IMG/VR virus record: IMGVR_UViG_2529292920_000022
DNA from: a virus
Taxonomy: Duplodnaviria > Heunggongvirae > Uroviricota > Caudoviricetes
Reading direction: 5' to 3' (one strand)
DNA length: 20,795 nt
Shown here: positions 17,286-20,795 of the stretch, in pieces
How positions within the stretch are numbered: position 1 is the first letter of the stretch
Layout of the letters: every line of letters starts with the position of its first letter
Program-made: the position numbers and the translations under genes
The notes under the pieces: model-generated
The model's input: the letters and a program-made list of their open reading frames with translations, nothing else
What the model was told of the DNA's origin: nothing
Databases searched by the model: none

Positions 17286-17486
17286 TCATTTTGTGACCAA
17301 TGCGATAAGTAGCGGGATAAGAATTGATAAAATCAACAGGACGATGATCCACTTTTGATTCTCGTCCATCTTATCTGCTAGGCGACGCTCCATTCCGTGC
17401 ATATCACCGCGAATGGCAATCATCTCATTGCGAACATCCGAGAAGTGGTTGGCTTGATGTTCAATGTGTGGCGTTCTGCCTTTCAT
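17286..17486 (-). CDS. Small single-pass membrane protein (XhlA-like topology)
   Basis: 66 aa: a charged, helical N-terminal part followed by a C-terminal transmembrane segment (WIIVLLILSILIPLLIALV). Confidence 0.4.
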   Translation of the reverse strand: MKGRTPHIEHQANHFSDVRNEMIAIRGDMHGMERRLADKMDENQKWIIVLLILSILIPLLIALVTK

Positions 17487-17567
17487 GTCTGATCCTCACC
17501 TATCGTCACCACCTGATGGTGTATAAAGGTATTAGCCCAAGCAGCTTTCCAATGGGCACTCATGTTT

Positions 17568-19928
<2,361 letters not shown>

Positions 19929-19959
19929 ATCAGTGAGTAATATCCATACAGTATACCAC

Positions 19960-19977
19960 TGTATAACACTGTTATAC
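19960..19977. promoter_or_regulatory. Candidate operator palindrome upstream of the RHH gene
   Basis: GTATAACA-C-TGTTATAC, a perfect 8-bp inverted repeat around one central base, about 35 bp upstream of the RHH gene start. A neighbouring CAGTATA / CTGTATA motif is related. Confidence 0.3.
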
Positions 19978-20030
19978 GCTCAAATATCAGCCAGAAAATA
20001 ACAGACCAATCACAAATCTATCGCTGTGTT

Positions 20031-20151
20031 GTTGGTTCAGAGCTGGGCTGTGTTGGTTCAAAATGAGTTGATGTTGGTTCAATATTTTAGAAAAAACACA
20101 ATAAAAACAACGCTCTTTACAAATTGAACCAACTGAACCAACTGAACCAAC
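20031..20151. repeat. Iteron array (right copy; inverted relative to the 10998-11108 array)
   Basis: Three GTTGGTTCA at about 20031, 20052 and 20073; an AT-rich spacer; then three tandem TGAACCAAC at about 20125-20151. The flanking CTCTTTACAAAT and CACCTTTT are the reverse complement of the left-copy flanks. Confidence 0.6.
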
Positions 20152-20187
20152 ACCTTTTTGCTTATCTATATAATCTGAGAGGCAGAA

Positions 20188-20475
20188 ATGATAAAGGACA
20201 GGAAAGCTGAAGAGCTGGAGTCAAAAGGGCTATACCGGAGAGCTGCCGCACGATGGGCAGAAGTCATGATGCTGGCAGATGGCGATAAAGAACGTGAACA
20301 TGCAGCAAACAGACGCTCTGAATGTATCCGTAAGGCGGCACGCCCACCAGCAACTACAGACAGATTCGGAGATTTAAGACAGGCAGTTAAGCGGACTCAT
20401 TCGGCTCTTGGTATGGATGAGGAAGCGAGAGGGTACTTCAGGCGTTATCGCGATAAAGATTGCCAGAGACAGTAA
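20188..20475 (+). CDS. PerC-family transcriptional regulator-like protein
   Basis: 95-aa ORF; the N-terminus MIKDRKAEELESKGLYRRAAARWAEVM matches the PerC/Pch family pattern. TATAAT-like -10 and a GAGAGG RBS lie just upstream, directly next to the iterons. Confidence 0.65.
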   Translation: MIKDRKAEELESKGLYRRAAARWAEVMMLADGDKEREHAANRRSECIRKAARPPATTDRFGDLRQAVKRTHSALGMDEEARGYFRRYRDKDCQRQ

Positions 20476-20795
20476 TGCTCTCTCTGTTTTGGCAAATTAC
20501 CCCTCACTTTGAAGGGATCGGAGCTATAAAAATGGTGTTATCCGGAATCCTCAAATTGAGGATTGTGGAAGAATCAATGGGTTAGGTCATCGTGCAAATT
20601 TGCACTCTGCCAGCCAACGCAATTTCTCGTTGGCGGAAATATCAGGTATTTACTGAACGAACGGTCTACCAGTCTGTTCAGTTACCAGTTGCACATGGCT
20701 GTTTCATGTGAGAACGGAGGTTTTTTTCGGACATCGCTATTGGGTACAGCAATTTCACGAGCAATACGCGCGCGCAGGACAACAAGCCTGAACAT

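Overview
This window reads as a mosaic integrative element from an enterobacterial genome, built on a P4/CP4-57-type backbone. The backbone (1-11.1 kb) carries a tyrosine integrase at the left edge, an AT-rich cargo ORF, an AlpA regulator, an IS481-like insertion, an AntA-like antirepressor, a DUF4222-like ORF, an Icd-like ORF, six translationally coupled small ORFs and a 919-aa primase-helicase, followed by an iteron-type origin. Downstream (11.5-16.8 kb) is a tightly coupled four-gene operon whose sizes, order and composition resemble the P22 gp14-gp7-gp20-gp16 ejection-protein module, with no capsid, terminase or tail genes, then an AT-rich membrane protein, a degenerate repeat-rich stretch, an IS21-family (IS100-like) insertion, an RHH repressor-like gene, a second inverted iteron array and a PerC-like regulator. 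The most interesting candidates are the apparently stand-alone ejection-protein operon inside a satellite-like element and the two inverted iteron arrays (about 10.99-11.11 kb and 20.03-20.16 kb) that bracket it. All family assignments come from reading motifs and gene order without database searches. Coordinates taken from the ORF track are exact; those I located by hand may be off by 1-2 bp.
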